Assembly: GCF_036321535.1 (NCBI RefSeq)
Contig: NC_087447.1
Coordinates: forward strand, 49,726,001 to 49,790,000
Direction of reading: 5' to 3'
Length of the DNA: 64,000 nt
Source: Camelus dromedarius
Lineage: Eukaryota
The translations under genes were made by a program, and so were the position numbers. The notes beneath the pieces were generated by a model. That model saw nothing but the letters and a program-made list of their open reading frames with translations. It searched no databases and was not told where the DNA came from. Positions 12,548 through 25,217 of this stretch are shown here, one piece after another. Numbering within the stretch: the first letter of the stretch is position 1; every line of letters starts with the position of its first letter.

Positions 12548-13948
12548 AAAAGACCTGTAAGAGTTTGTGTCTATCACAGACTAGATTTGGTCTTTTCTTA
12601 TATTCTACCTCTTCCCTTACTCCCTGCTAGAGGACTGATCTGAATATTTCCCTTTTCAACCAGTTGTACTGGTGCCCTGAATGTCCATCCTTACTGAGAG
12701 TACAAATAGTTGGCAGGACGAACAGCAGCCCCTTTCAAAGAAGCCCTGAAAAGAACAAAAAACAGCAACAAATTTTGGCCCTATCAACAAAACGTCAATG
12801 ATTAAGGATCAAAGTTTGCCTCCCCTGACTAAGGAACTCTCAGAAAGCCTGCACTGGGGATGTCCTAGACCAGCATTTCTCCAAATGTCTGTGGTACAGG
12901 ACCAGGTTTGTATTTTTTGTTCTGATCCATCAGAGACTTATCCATTTGTAAAATAGAATATTTTAGAGAAATGAAATAAGAAAACAATGACAAACATTGT
13001 GCAAAATCAAATTTTTTATTAGTAGTTTGAACAGACATAAAATTATTCTGCCACATGGCTCTAACATTTCTGAGCAGTTACTCTCAAACTCTGTACTTAC
13101 TTGGTCAGGAACCAGAGACAAGCAGTGCGTGGCTGCAGGCTGGCCCTCAGACCACACAGGAGCAGCACCGTCCTAGGACCTGTGGTGCTGACCCACTGTT
13201 GGCGTTGTAAGGTGCTTGTGGGGTGAGCAGCACAGAATCACTGGGTGGACTGCAAAGCACTGTACATGGATGGGTTGGGGCCATTGCCTTAGCGCCTTAT
13301 ATCCAGGTAGATGAGAGGCTCTGTGAAGGGAGGGACTTGCCTGAAGTCACACAGCTGGAAAGTGGCCAACACAGGACTGGTCTCAGCTCTCATCTAGGGC
13401 TCTTTCCACTCTGCCTTGTGACGTGGACACGAGGAAGCACCACCCAGATGCAACTTCGAGGAAGGACGCGTGGCCCCAACTGCAGAGCTGCCTCCACAGG
13501 GGCAACTGATGCCAAGACAGATCCAGGCAGGAAGTAAGGCTCAGCCTCTTCAGCTCAAATCAGGACAACTCTGATGGGATATTTCAGTTCAACTTCTCCC
13601 TGTGCCCAGCTCCACTGCCTTCCTTCCTCTTACAGGTGTTGACCCCTATGGCTCTTCTTGACAAACATCTCGTAGGCTAAATACCATCTCAGAATCTACT
13701 TCCTGGAGAACCCACCCTGGTACATCATGCATACATGAAGAATTAATCCCAATATGAGACACAGAAAGGTTAACTAACTTGTCCAAAGGCATACAGATTT
13801 AAAGTCATTTTTAAGTTTTGGGAGCTAGGCTTTGATCTCAGATCTGACTATAAAGCCAGAGCCATTTGTCTTAAAGTGACTACCAGCTTGGGAAACAAAG
13901 GACAGAACAGAAAAGTTGCATTTAAGATGTGAAATTTAAAGTAACTCT

Positions 13949-14100
13949 GGGAGAGGGTATAGCTCAGTGGTAGAGTGTGCTTAGCATGGCAAGGTCCTGG
14001 GTTCAATCCCCAGTACCTCCCATTAAACAAACAAACAAACAAATAAATAAACCTAATTACCTTTCCTCCTAACCCCCCCAAAAAAATTTTTTTTAAAAAT
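13949..14100 (+). mobile_element. tRNA-derived SINE, camelid Vic-1-like
   Basis: gggagagggtatagctcagtggtagag (A box)...gggttcaatccccagtacctcc (B box) followed by an (AAAC)n/A-rich tail. Confidence 0.85.
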
Positions 14101-14109
14101 TCTTCAAAA

Positions 14110-16000
14110 TAGAGTAATTATAATTTATTCAAAATGGCACAACATTTTGGAAGACTTTTTGGCAGTTTCTTATAAAGTTAAATATAGGCTTGCTATACAA
14201 CACAACAATCATGCTGCTAGGTATACACCCAACTGATCTGAAAATAAGTCCACACCAAACCTGCACATCAAGGTCTATAGCAGCCTTATTCCTAATCACC
14301 AGTAACAGGAAGCAACTAAGATGTTTTTCAGTAGGTGACTAGAGAAACATACCATGCTACATCTAAACAATGGAACACTGCTCAGGCATTATGAGAAATG
14401 AGCTATTCACACAACATCATGGATGAATCATAAATGCATCTTTGAGTGAAAAAAGTCATAAAAAGGGCTATACTGTATTTTATTCCATTCATATGATTTT
14501 CCAGGAAAGGATAAATATGGGAATGGAAAACATGTTAGCTGATGTCAGGGATTTAAGGAATAAGAGCCTTTGACTAGGGGAAGCAGGGGAATTCTTTAGG
14601 GTGGTAGAACAAATCTGCGTGGTGTTGTAGGGTGTAGATATGATGCTATGCATTCATCAAAATCCACAAGGAATGAATGTTAATGTATAGAAATTAAAAT
14701 TTAAAAAACATCCAAGACGTCAAGGGACCCCAGGATGACAAAAGAATCACAAGTATATTACAAATGTATGACAAAATCTCACTGAACTGAGTCGGGGAAG
14801 AGGACTGACCTAAGTCACTTTGAAAAATAGTGTATTGACTGGAAACTGAAAAATTATAAATATGGTTTAGTATATACACTTGCATTTCCTAGCTCTGTCT
14901 TCTGAGCGAACCTAAAAGAAAAGTCACACCAGTAGCAAGTAGCAGGCATACAGCCCAGGTCTTGGTTTTCAATACATTGTCTACTGAATGGGTTCCAGTG
15001 AAACTTGGAGAAAGAACTGACTATAGGCCAGGCCAGGGTAAATACATGAGTCTGAGACACCTTGCAGTGCTAGAAGTCAGGGAGTGCTCAAAGCAAACAA
15101 TGATAGGAGCATCTCAAAGGAGCACAGGAGCCAACCTGCAAATGCTCCCTTGAGCCATGACTGGAACAATGTGATCAATAACACAAATAACATACTGTTT
15201 GGATTATAATCCAAAGTATAAACGTCCATAAGTACCTACTGATAAAAAAAAAATAGATGATTGAATAACGAACGAACAGGGTAGAAGAAACAGCGTCCTT
15301 TCCAAAAGAACCCCAAGGAACCCTCATAGACACTGTCCCCTCAAGGAGGCAGAGTGCACCCTCTCACTTGAGTTGGGGTAAGCCTAGCAGCTTGCTTCCA
15401 TGAAGAAACTGTGTAGAGTTGGGGGCAGGGGTGCAACAGGGAGTAACTCCACTGTAGAAAACCTGGCAAACACCGCCTGAGCCAGGTGATACAGGTCAAC
15501 GTCGCAGTGATAAGCCACATTGATGGTAGGTACCCTTGATAAGGTGTGATGATAAGGACACTTCTCTTCCATGGTCTTCCTCCCCAAACCCCACAGCCCC
15601 AGTCTAACCAAGAGAAGAACACCACATAAATCTAAATTAGTGATCGTCTCTGGTACACTTGATCTGTACCCCTCAAAACTAAAAGTCATCCGGAAACAAG
15701 GACTGAGAAACTATTCCAGAGCAGAGGACGCGAAGAACACATGACAACTAAATGTAATGTTTCATCTTGGATGGGATCCAAGAACAGATAAGGGTCATTA
15801 GGATAACCTAGTGAACTTGGAATAAGTTGTGGAGTTTATTTAATGGTAATGTACCAATCTTGCCAAATGTACCAGAGTAAAGAGAGATGTCAACAATAGA
15901 GGAGACTGGGTAAGGGGTAGAGAATAACTCTACTCTTTGTAACTTTTCTGTAAATCCAGAACTATTCTAAAATTAAAAGTTGATTAAATTAAGAAAAGTC
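14110..16000 (+). mobile_element. Old L1M (L1MC/MD-type) fragments
   Basis: AT-rich degenerate L1 ORF2-end/3'UTR sequence (ggcagtttcttataaagttaaatata..., acaactaaatgtaatg..., taacttttctgtaaatc...ttctaaaattaaaag). Boundaries approximate. Confidence 0.65.
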
Positions 16001-16009
16001 TATCAGATG

Positions 16010-16455
16010 CTGAATTCATGTTCTGAACCTGCCATGACAAATGACCACAACCTTGGCCACTTGAAACTACAGACATTTATTCTTTCTCATTTCTGAGGCC
16101 CGATATCTGAGGTCAGTTGCACTGTCAGTTTTACAAGGCCCTAGAGGAAAATATGTTTCCTTGCCTTTTCCAGCTTCTAGAGCTCCACGTATTCCTTGGC
16201 ACATGGACCCTTTCTCCATCTTCAAAGCCAGTGGAGTAGCATCTTTAAATCTCTTTCTCTGTTTCCATTGTCACATTGCCTTCTGCTTTCTGGATCCAGT
16301 AAAGTCACTCTCTGCCTATCTTACAAGGATTCAGGTGACTTCATTTAGAGCCTATCCTGATAACCCAGGATAATCTCCTTATCTGAGGACCCTTAGTTTA
16401 ATTACAAATGCAAAGATCCCCTTTTTCCCCATCTAAGGTGATAGTCACAGATCTG
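16010..16455 (-). mobile_element. MaLR (MLT1/MST-type) LTR
   Basis: acaaatgaccacaac...acatttattct...ccttgccttttccagcttctagag...gataacccaggataatctcc. Confidence 0.65.
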
Positions 16456-18130
16456 AATGCTGACTGAGCCCCAGTTAGGTGAAAAGTCATCCTTCCAAAA
16501 TTCTGTGCTTCTCAGTAGTAGACCTGTAATACAAAAAAACTACCCTCAATTATTTACTTTGAATTTTGTCAATTATAATTTTGTGGACATTTCTTTCTTC
16601 TCTTGTTATATAAGTACCTACAAAAGTCCTCCATTTGCCTGTTAGCCTGCAAAACCTCCACCAGCCCCACTAATTAGTTGCCCTATGTTCACCCAAATCA
16701 GTCTTAAGCCACCCCCAGATTCACCCTGAACTTCAGAGCCAGAGGGCCTCCCCAGCGCAGGTCTGACACAATCAGTCCCCTGATAAAACCTGCCCACTGG
16801 ATTCTCTTCGCTCTCTGGATGCCTCTAGCCCGTTGGCTGGCTTACCGCCCTTCACAACATAGCCCCTACCTCCTTGCCAGCTACTCCCTACCCTCCTCCA
16901 GCCTTGCTGATCCTTTGCCAGTTCCCTAGGGCACAGCGCTTCCCCCAGCACCAGCATCTCCCACAAGCTCGTTCCTCTGCCTGAAACGCCTTTTACCCAA
17001 ATCCTATTCCTCTTGGTCTTTCAGGAGTCATTTGAAATTCCGACTCCTCCAGAAAGCCTTCCCTGATCCCACCCCCTCCAGGCTCTTAGGTGCCTCCTCT
17101 GGGCTTCCACGGTCCTCTGCTTCCTTCCAGCCCAGCGCTGACCAAGCTTTTGAAATACCTGTGACTCCACCAGACTGGGAACCCCCTCAGAGCTGGGGTC
17201 ACTCTGACTCTGCCCTGACGCCTTTGCTTCCCACTGGCAGTGCTCCTGCTGCCTCCTGCCAAGTGGGAGGGAAGCTGGCTGCATGCCAGGCTGAGGCTGC
17301 ATGTCAGAGCCCCATCCCATTCCTTCCATGACTGCAGGTCCTCATCTGTACAATGAGGGCAGGGAGCCCCTGGACCTAGAGGGACAAAGGCCTGAGTCAA
17401 AGGTGGGAGTGGAACCTTGGGGGACATGAACTAGCAAGGGGTCAGAAGCTGAGCTTCCAGACGCTTTTATCGGAGCTCCACAAGCCTGGGCTCGGGGACT
17501 GTGTGAGTTGAGCAATTCCAGCCAAAGGTCACCCTTCAGTGGCCAGCTGCACCCGGCCTGGATCTGCAGCCTGCCCCACCTCTCCCTCCCCTGAGAGCCA
17601 GGAGGGGGAAAAAAAAGGCTTGGTTGGCTGTTCTTTAGGTGTGAACTCAGGAATATGTGTGTGTAAGCAAGTGTGACTGTCTACGGATGTGTTTCTGCAC
17701 AAGTATCCATGTGTATATAATTATACAGTCTGCACACACCTGTGTTCCATACCCCATGTGTCTGAGTGTGCACCGCTATGTGGGTGACTCATGCATGTGC
17801 AAAGCAGAAGTTGTGACGCTAGAGTAGAATCAAGGCCCTCAGTCCTGCCAAACTGTGACATCTGGCTCTTTTGGTCCCCGGATGCTGTCCTCTCCTACTC
17901 ACTCCAGAGCTCCAACTTATCTCCTCCTTCAGGCTCCCAGACTATTGATCCTGTCACCCCTGCTCCTGTCCATCCAGTGCTGTTGAGAAAGACCCAGAAC
18001 CCTCAAGTATTAGGACGAATCTGGAGGCTGGTGCTGCGGACGCTGTTGGTGCTGCACCAGATTCCCTCTATCATGGCTCTGGACCCTGTTCTGTGCTTCA
18101 GCCAGCTTTTCCTTCTATTATAAGTGGAAT

Positions 18131-18480
18131 TAAAAAAAAAAAGACAAACGAACTTATTTACAAAACAGAAACAGACTCACAGGCATAGAAAACAAATTTA
18201 CGGTTACCAGGATGGGAAGGGGTGGGAAGGGATAAATTGGGAGTTTGAGGTTTGCAGATACTAATTACTATATATAAAATAGATAAACAACAAGTTCATG
18301 TTGTATATAGCACAGGGAACTATACTCAATATCTTGTTGTAACTTATGGTGAAAAAGAAGATGAAAACAAATATATATATATTCATGTATGACTGAAGCA
18401 TTATGCTGTACACCAGAAATTGACACAACATGGTAAACTGACTATATCTCAATAAGAAAGAATGCAAATGAAAAAAAAAA
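18131..18480 (+). mobile_element. L1 3' end, artiodactyl/camelid type
   Basis: gaacttatttacaaaacagaaacagactcaca...gggataaattgggagtttgag...atagcacagggaactatactcaatatcttg...A tail; similar to the copy at 22009. Confidence 0.85.
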
Positions 18481-19339
18481 ACTTGGCATCTACTCAAATG
18501 TTCATCAATGGGGCTCGTTTAGACAAATTATCAACACTGTGCAACCTTCTCTACCTCAGAGGAGGCCTCATATGGCAGAAAAGGCACCGATCTGGGAAGC
18601 AGGAGACTGATCCCAATGGCAACTCTGCCATCACCTGGCTGAGTGAGTTTAAGGAGTCAGCTGGCGCTCTGAGGGCCTCTGAGTCCCGTCTGTGAAGGCC
18701 AGAGATGGAGCAGAGCCAACCTGGCATTCAGAGTATATTATTCAAGCTGCACACCACACATGCAGGTAGAATGAACAAACCAGTTGCTAAACTGTCAGCA
18801 TCTTGATTTCCTCATCTGTTACTGGAGATGATTGAGGATGGGCCTCAGGGATTATGAGGATGACATAGACAACTCACACAGAGCACTTGGCAGGTCCTGG
18901 CACACAGTCAGCTTTGGGGGCTGGTCGCTATTTTTGCCCATATTATTGACCAAAACAGGATTGTGTAACTGGCTCAGCCCTGTGGTCTTGCTGACTTGAC
19001 ACAAGTCCCTTGCTTTGTAAAACTGGTGGACTTCGCCCAAAGGACACGCCAGCTGGTGGAGGGGGAGTTTAAAGGGGTTCCCTCCTTTCTGTCCCACTGG
19101 CCCCATCTCTAATGTCTCCCTGACTTCAGAAACAGGAAACAAATTCCCCAGAAGCTCCAGGCAGGGCTGGGGCCCACCAGGTCCTCAGGACAGCGGGGTT
19201 AGTTGGGTGGGTATCGTGTGTGTGTATCTGGCAGGGTTCCTTGTAGGGCACAGCCAAACCACGTTTCCTTTCCATTTGCTGAAGTGAATAGAAATAACAC
19301 AGGCTTAATGTGTTTTGTTTCTTCAGGTCAGAGAATGTA

Positions 19340-19550
19340 TTTATTTTATCAGACTTCTTTTCAATATTAAAAATATGATAAATATATAAATAACATGAAA
19401 TTTACCGTGACACCATTTGAAGGCATGAAGTTCAGTGGCATTAAGTACATTCACATTGTTGCAACCATCACAATCATCCACCTCCAGAACTCTCTTCATC
19501 TTGTAAAACTGCAAGTCAGTACACATCAAATAAAAATTCCTCATTACCTC
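19340..19550 (-). mobile_element. L1MB-type 3' end fragment
   Basis: cagtggcattaagtacattcacattgttgcaaccatcac...catccacctccagaactctcttcatcttg. Confidence 0.7.
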
Positions 19551-20639
19551 CGCCCCCTTGTCTTTTTTACAATCTGTGCAAGAGCTGATTTGGCGGTATG
19601 AGCTCTTTAATAAATATTCTTCAGTGGCTTCCTACAAGCCTGATCCTGTGCTAGCCCTGAAGACAGGAGGAAGTCAAGGCTCGTTATGGGCTCTGAAGGT
19701 TTAGGATGCAGTAAGACTGAACAAAATGGAAGAGGATTTTTTTCATTTCTTCATTCAGTGAAACTATCCTGACACTGTCTGGCCAAGGGGTCAGGAAGCA
19801 GTGATGCAAGACGCGCTCTCCCCACCTTGGAGGTGCTCATGTCTGGTCTAGGGAAAGGAGCGCTCCACCCACCAGCCATCTAGGCCTCCCCTCCCCAGGC
19901 CTCTGCTTCAACAGGTCCCACCCATCCTTCCATGGAGGGAGCCACAAGCTGCTGCATAAATGCAGGGGAGCTGGCACCCTACAGCCTGGGAGAAGGAAGA
20001 GCACTGCACAGGGAGTCTGGACCCTGAGACCCAGCCCAGCTCTACATAGTCTTGCTGGGTGACCTTGGCCTCATGCCTTCCCTTCCTTGGATTTCATTCT
20101 GCTAACCGTCAACTTGGGACCAACAATCAACATGCACACCCAAAGTGGCCCTTGTCATAACTAAATTAGATCATGAATACAAGTGAACTTTGACAATGGA
20201 GGTATTCCGTGAACATGAGGGCTCAGATGACTGTCTTCTGTGATTTGTAACTTAGAGAAATGTGCATCACTCTCCTGTGGGCTGACAGCTCCACGGCTCC
20301 CTCTTGATTCCATCGCACCCCCTCCCTGATACAGATTCCAACAGCCTCAGCCCAGAGGTTCAACCTGCCCTCTACAGGACATTTTGGTCCAGAGTTGGCC
20401 ACGGAGTGAATAAAGGTCACACAGCAAACAGAGGCCTGCCCTCCCCTTTTCCGGCGAGTACTTTATTACCTGGCCTACCAAAATAAATGAATAAATATTT
20501 CACATTGTCCCAAATGGTTCCATATTGTTCAAATAGTGCTGGAAGGAAACCTAGAGACCATCAAGAGGAGTAGGAATAGGACTACTGTCATTAGTGCAGT
20601 ACTTCCACTGTTACTGCTATTACTATATTGCTACTACTG

Positions 20640-21010
20640 ATGATGACAGTAGCTAATGTTCTGTGCCAGGCATCATGATGAGAGCTTTATAGGGTCTCAT
20701 TTAGTCTTCACATCATCCCTATGAGGTAGGTTTATTATTGTCCACATTGAATAGATGAGGTCAGTGAGGCACAGAGAGGTTAAGTAACTTGCCTTGAGTC
20801 CCACAGCCACATGCAGCAGGGCTCAGATTCAAACCCAAGGAGTCTACACAGAGAAAAAAAATATGCATGACAATGAATATATGTGTGTTCATGTGTAACT
20901 GAAAAATTGCGCTCTACACTGGAATTTGACACAACATTGTAAAATGACTATTACTCAATAAAAAATGTTAAAAAAAAAACAAAAACCCAAGGAGTCTGAT
21001 CTGGAGCCTC
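20640..21010 (-). mobile_element. MIR SINE interrupted by a short L1 insertion
   Basis: Reverse MIR core (ccctatgaggtagg...agatgagg...gaggcacagagaggttaagtaacttgcc...gattcaaaccc) that resumes after 20997. Confidence 0.75.
20846..20982 (+). mobile_element. Short 5'-truncated L1 3' end
   Basis: Perfect 15-bp TSD aaacccaaggagtct at 20831-20845 and 20983-20997; aataaa plus A tail. Confidence 0.85.
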
Positions 21011-22008
21011 TCCCATCACCCCTTCTATGGGCTGTCCTGCACCCATAGGTGGGAATTTGTTCAAGGTCATACGTGAGAGGTACCTGACCCTTAGCCCGGA
21101 CATGTAGCCCCGCGGATGGTCAGGAGTGAGTCCCAGTGGAGCACCACTGACTTCTGCTCCAGACATCATGCCTGAGGTCTTTTGCTAGGAGTTCACAGGC
21201 AAACTCGCCCGGACAGGACATCTAATGAAGTCTTAAAGGTCTAGCGTGCCCAGCACGGCAGTTGGAAAGAAATCAGAGCCTCAGATACAAGGGAGTCAGA
21301 CTGACTTGCAAGCCTTTCTCCATAGGCCTCCACCAGCACTCACAGGAAGATTGTGTGGGGCACCACAGAGACCTGCCCTCTGCCACTTTGATCTGTCAAA
21401 AACCCCCAAACCCTTGTTCTTGCCTTCTTCTCTATAAATAGCAAAAGCCTTAAGTTTCTAGGAGAGAGACAGAAAATCACTTTGTTCCCAGGGCCAAGGC
21501 AAAATTACATTGCCCCTGGGGTGGGGAGTAGAAGCAAAAGCATCTATTTCTTGGGAGAGGGGTAGGAAACCTTCTCACTGCCCCTAGGACACAGGCCAAG
21601 ATCCACTGTTGCCATAGAGAGGAGAGAAAACCCCCCTCCTCTTGGGGGTGGGAGGCACTGGAAATTGTCTCCAGCCCAGGATCCTGTGCTGATACTAAGC
21701 AGAGGTGGGTAACACTAGAGGAGGGGCAGGAAACTCTTTCCCATCCCAGACCAACCTCAGATAGAAGGCAGCAGACAGCTGCCATGGGGAAGAGGTTCTG
21801 GAACACTGAGAAAGCCCTATTTCCATGACCAAGGTGTATAGGGCCTACTCAAGACCCAGCTGAACTTGCAAATAGAGAACCCAGTGTGGCCATCATGATC
21901 CCAGCAGAGCATAGCAATCCAGCAACAGTCTACCACCCAGGGGAGAGAAGAGTATGGATGGAGATGCCTCTGTGGCATAGGAGTACAGCTATGAAAAACT
22001 GAGGGTGG

Positions 22009-22142
22009 CACTCCTGGGCATATATCCAGAGGAAACTAATTTGAAAAGAAGTAGTGCATAGCAGCACTATTTACAATAGCCAAGATGTGGAAGTAACTTA
22101 AATATCCTTCAACAGATGAATGTATAAAGGTGATGTGAGATG

Positions 22143-22185
<43 letters not shown>

Positions 22186-22653
22186 GGAATACGACCCAGC
22201 CATAAAAAAGAATAAAATAATGCCATTTGCAGCAACATGGTTGGACCTGGAGATTGTCATACTAAGTGAAGTAAGTCGGAAAATCAAAGAAAAATACCAT
22301 ATGATATCACTTAAATGTGGCATCTTAAATGTGATGCAAATGAACTTATTTACAAAACAGAAACAGATGCACAGACATAGAAAACAAACTTGTGGTTACC
22401 AGGCGAGAAAGGAGAGAAGTGGAGGGATAAATTAGGAGTTCAGAATTTGCAGATACTACTATATATAAAATAGATAAACAGCAAGGTCCCACTGTGTAGC
22501 ACAGGGAACTATATTCAATACCTTATGACAGCCTATAATGAAAAAGAATATGAAAAGAATACATATATATATATAAAACTGAATCACTATGCTATACACC
22601 AGAAATTAACATAACATTGTAAACCAACTATACTTCAATTAAAAAAACTAAAA
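22009..22653 (+). mobile_element. 5'-truncated L1 (ORF2 end plus 3'UTR)
   Basis: Encodes the ORF2 C-terminal remnant (AIKKNKIMPFAATWLDLEIVILSEVS); perfect 15-bp TSD aaaaactgagggtgg at 21994-22008 and 22654-22668. Confidence 0.9.
22148..22182. repeat. (TA)n microsatellite within L1
   Basis: Uninterrupted TA run. Confidence 0.9.
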
Positions 22654-22669
22654 AAAAACTGAGGGTGGG

Positions 22670-23361
22670 GCAAAAGCCCTGGGAAAGACTTCATCAAGAT
22701 TTTAAAATATGTGCTTGAAAGGACAGTATCAAGAAATTGAAAACACAACCCATAGAATAGGAAGAAATATGTACAAAGCATATATCTGATAACGGACTCA
22801 TATATACAATATATAATATCTATATAGAAGTTTTACATTCAGTGATAAAAAGAGCACAATTAAAAATGGACCAAGAAACAGAAGAGACACTTTTCCAAAT
22901 AAGATACAGAAATGGCCAATAAGCACATAAAAATATGCTCAACATCATTAGTTACCAGTGAAATATAAATTAAAACCACAATGAGAAACCACTTCGCACC
23001 CACTAGAATCAAAAAGTCAGAATATAACAAGTATTAACAAGGATATAAAGAAAATGGAAATTTCAAACACTGCTGGTAGGAACGTAAAATGGTGCAGGCA
23101 GTTTGAAAAACAGTCTGGCAGTAAAATTAAACATAGAGTTACCATTTGACTCAGCAATTCCACTCCTAGAACCAAGAGAAATGAAAATATATATTTATGT
23201 TAAAAAAAAGTACATGAATGTTGATTGCAGCATTATTTATAATAGCCCAAATGTGGAAATAACCCATACGCCGATCAACTGATGAATGAATAAACAAAAT
23301 ATAGTCCCCATACAATGGAATATTATCTGACCATAAAAAGGTACTGATACATGGTCCAACA
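22670..23361 (+). mobile_element. Older L1M ORF2 fragment
   Basis: atggccaataagcacataaaaatatgctcaacatcattag...aaaaccacaatgaga...cagcaattccactccta; degenerate. Confidence 0.75.
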
Positions 23362-23366
23362 AGGGT

Positions 23367-23728
23367 TGTCTTAGTCCATTTGGGCTGCTATAACAACAGA
23401 CTTGGTAGCTTCCAAACAACAGAAATTTATTTCTCACAGCTCTGGAGGCTGAAAATCCAAGATCATGGTCTTGGCATGATTAGGTTCTGGTGAGGACCCC
23501 CTTCCAGGCTGCAGGCTGCAGGCTGCTGACTTCTTGTTGTGTCCTCACATGGTGGAAGGAATGAGCTGGTTCTCTAGGGTCTCTTCTAGAAGGACACTAA
23601 TCCCAATCATGAGGGCTACCCTCTTGACCTAAGCAACTCCCAAAGGCCTCCCCACCTAACGCTATCACCTTGGGCACTAGGTTTTCAACATATGAATTTG
23701 GGGGCACACAAACATTTGATCTATAGCA
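23367..23728 (-). mobile_element. MaLR solo LTR (MLT1A/MST-type)
   Basis: TG...CA termini (tgtcttagtccatttgggctgctataaca...tatagca); near-TSD agggt/aggat. Confidence 0.8.
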
Positions 23729-24634
23729 AGGATGACCCTTAAGTTAAGGAGTTTGGTCCTCATCCTAAGAGCTATGAGAACCAAGGGAGAGAATGGTTGG
23801 ACAGTGTGTCCTAAAGATCATTCGGCGGGTAGTGTGGAGCACAAGGCTGGAGAAGGGACCAGTGAAGAGTGTAGTACAGTTGTCTCTCTGCAAGGGAGGC
23901 AGCGTGGCCCAGGGCAGCAGGAATAAAGAAAACTGTGTCCTGTTTATGGAGAATGGAGGTATCCATGTGTATGTTTCTAAACGTGCCTATGAATGTGTGA
24001 ATCCTTCCACAGAGGGTCAGCCTAACCAGAAATCCCAACCCTACCTGAGTTTTGTGACCCGCCAAATCCAAAATGGCTGGGGCGAGGCCAAGGACACCAA
24101 AGAAAGAGGTTGAGATGCTTTTTGCCAATGCCTGACTGTATTTGTTCCTCTTCAACATCATCCTGTCAGATTCAATACTCTTCTGCAGGCTTTCAGGGCC
24201 TTCTAATCTTGCTTATCTCATCTAAAAAATGTGTTTTCGGCTCCTCTTTACCTCTGTGTCAAAACCCTTGCGCAGGTTGCTGATTTAAAAACCTACAAGG
24301 CCAGGCTGAGAGTGGAGCCTTGAGTTGCCAGGAAATCTCACCCTAAGTTTAGCCCCCACCTGGAACAGCTACTCCTCCCTGGCCAGGCCCACGTTGGCCT
24401 GCCGGTCAGCCCCATGCTCAGGAAGTAGGCTGACACACAAGGGCCTAGCCTTAGGCCAGCATGGAACTTTAGTGAAGCCATTGGAGAGGGAACTGGTGCA
24501 TTAATCTACTCCTTTCTTGATGACTCAGCCTCAGATCCTGATAACCAGTGCTTCCTTCTCTCAAGGGCCACCCTTTAAAATATATAGTTTATATTACTGA
24601 CCTCAGAACAGGCCAGGATTTTGCAGCTATTATA

Positions 24635-24865
24635 GAGCATAGGCTCTGAAGCCAGAATCCCTGCACTTAAATCCTGGCTCTGCCACTTACGAGCTGTGTG
24701 ATCCTAAGCAAGTTGTTTAACATCCTTGTGCCTCCATTTCTTCATCTGTAAAATGGGACTAAAATAGAATCTACTCCGTAGGGTTATTATGAGGCTTCAA
24801 TAAATCCACACATGTAAAGTGCCTAGAAGCAAACTGGCAGATAGTAAATACTAATTGAAGTTTAT
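24635..24865 (+). mobile_element. MIR SINE
   Basis: ggctctgccacttacgagctgtgtgatcctaagcaagttgtttaa...catctgtaaaatggg...catgtaaagtgcctagaa. Confidence 0.8.
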
Positions 24866-25029
24866 CACCTGTTAATACCTGCTGCTTCTCCTTTTGGAAA
24901 AATGACCACTGTAGCCCACCTCCAGTCACCCAGCACTTTTCTAGCTGAACGTCATCCCCCAGAGGTTACAGATTCCTCCCATAGGTTCTCTGAAATGTGC
25001 TGTCACCTCCTCAGTGCAAAGCAGTTCAG

Positions 25030-25217
25030 CAGTGGTTCTCCAAAAGTGGGATTCAAACTAGCAGCTTTAGCATCACTTGGGAACTTGTTAGAAATGCAAA
25101 TCTCAGCCCCACCCCAGACCTACTGAATTAGAAACTTTTGGTGGTGAGATCCAGCAAGGTGTATTTTACCAAATTTACTGGGTGATTCTGATATATGGGA
25201 AAGTTTGAGAACCCCAG
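25030..25217. mobile_element. MER5A hAT-Charlie DNA transposon (MITE)
   Basis: About 190 bp with inverted ends cagtggttctc...gagaacc and internal gggaacttgttagaaatgcaaatctc...agacctactgaat. Confidence 0.8.

Noticed and set aside
13949..14020. tRNA-like sequences with A and B boxes (four copies)
   Set aside because: They have A-rich tails, and two have clear TSDs, so they are SINEs rather than tRNA genes.
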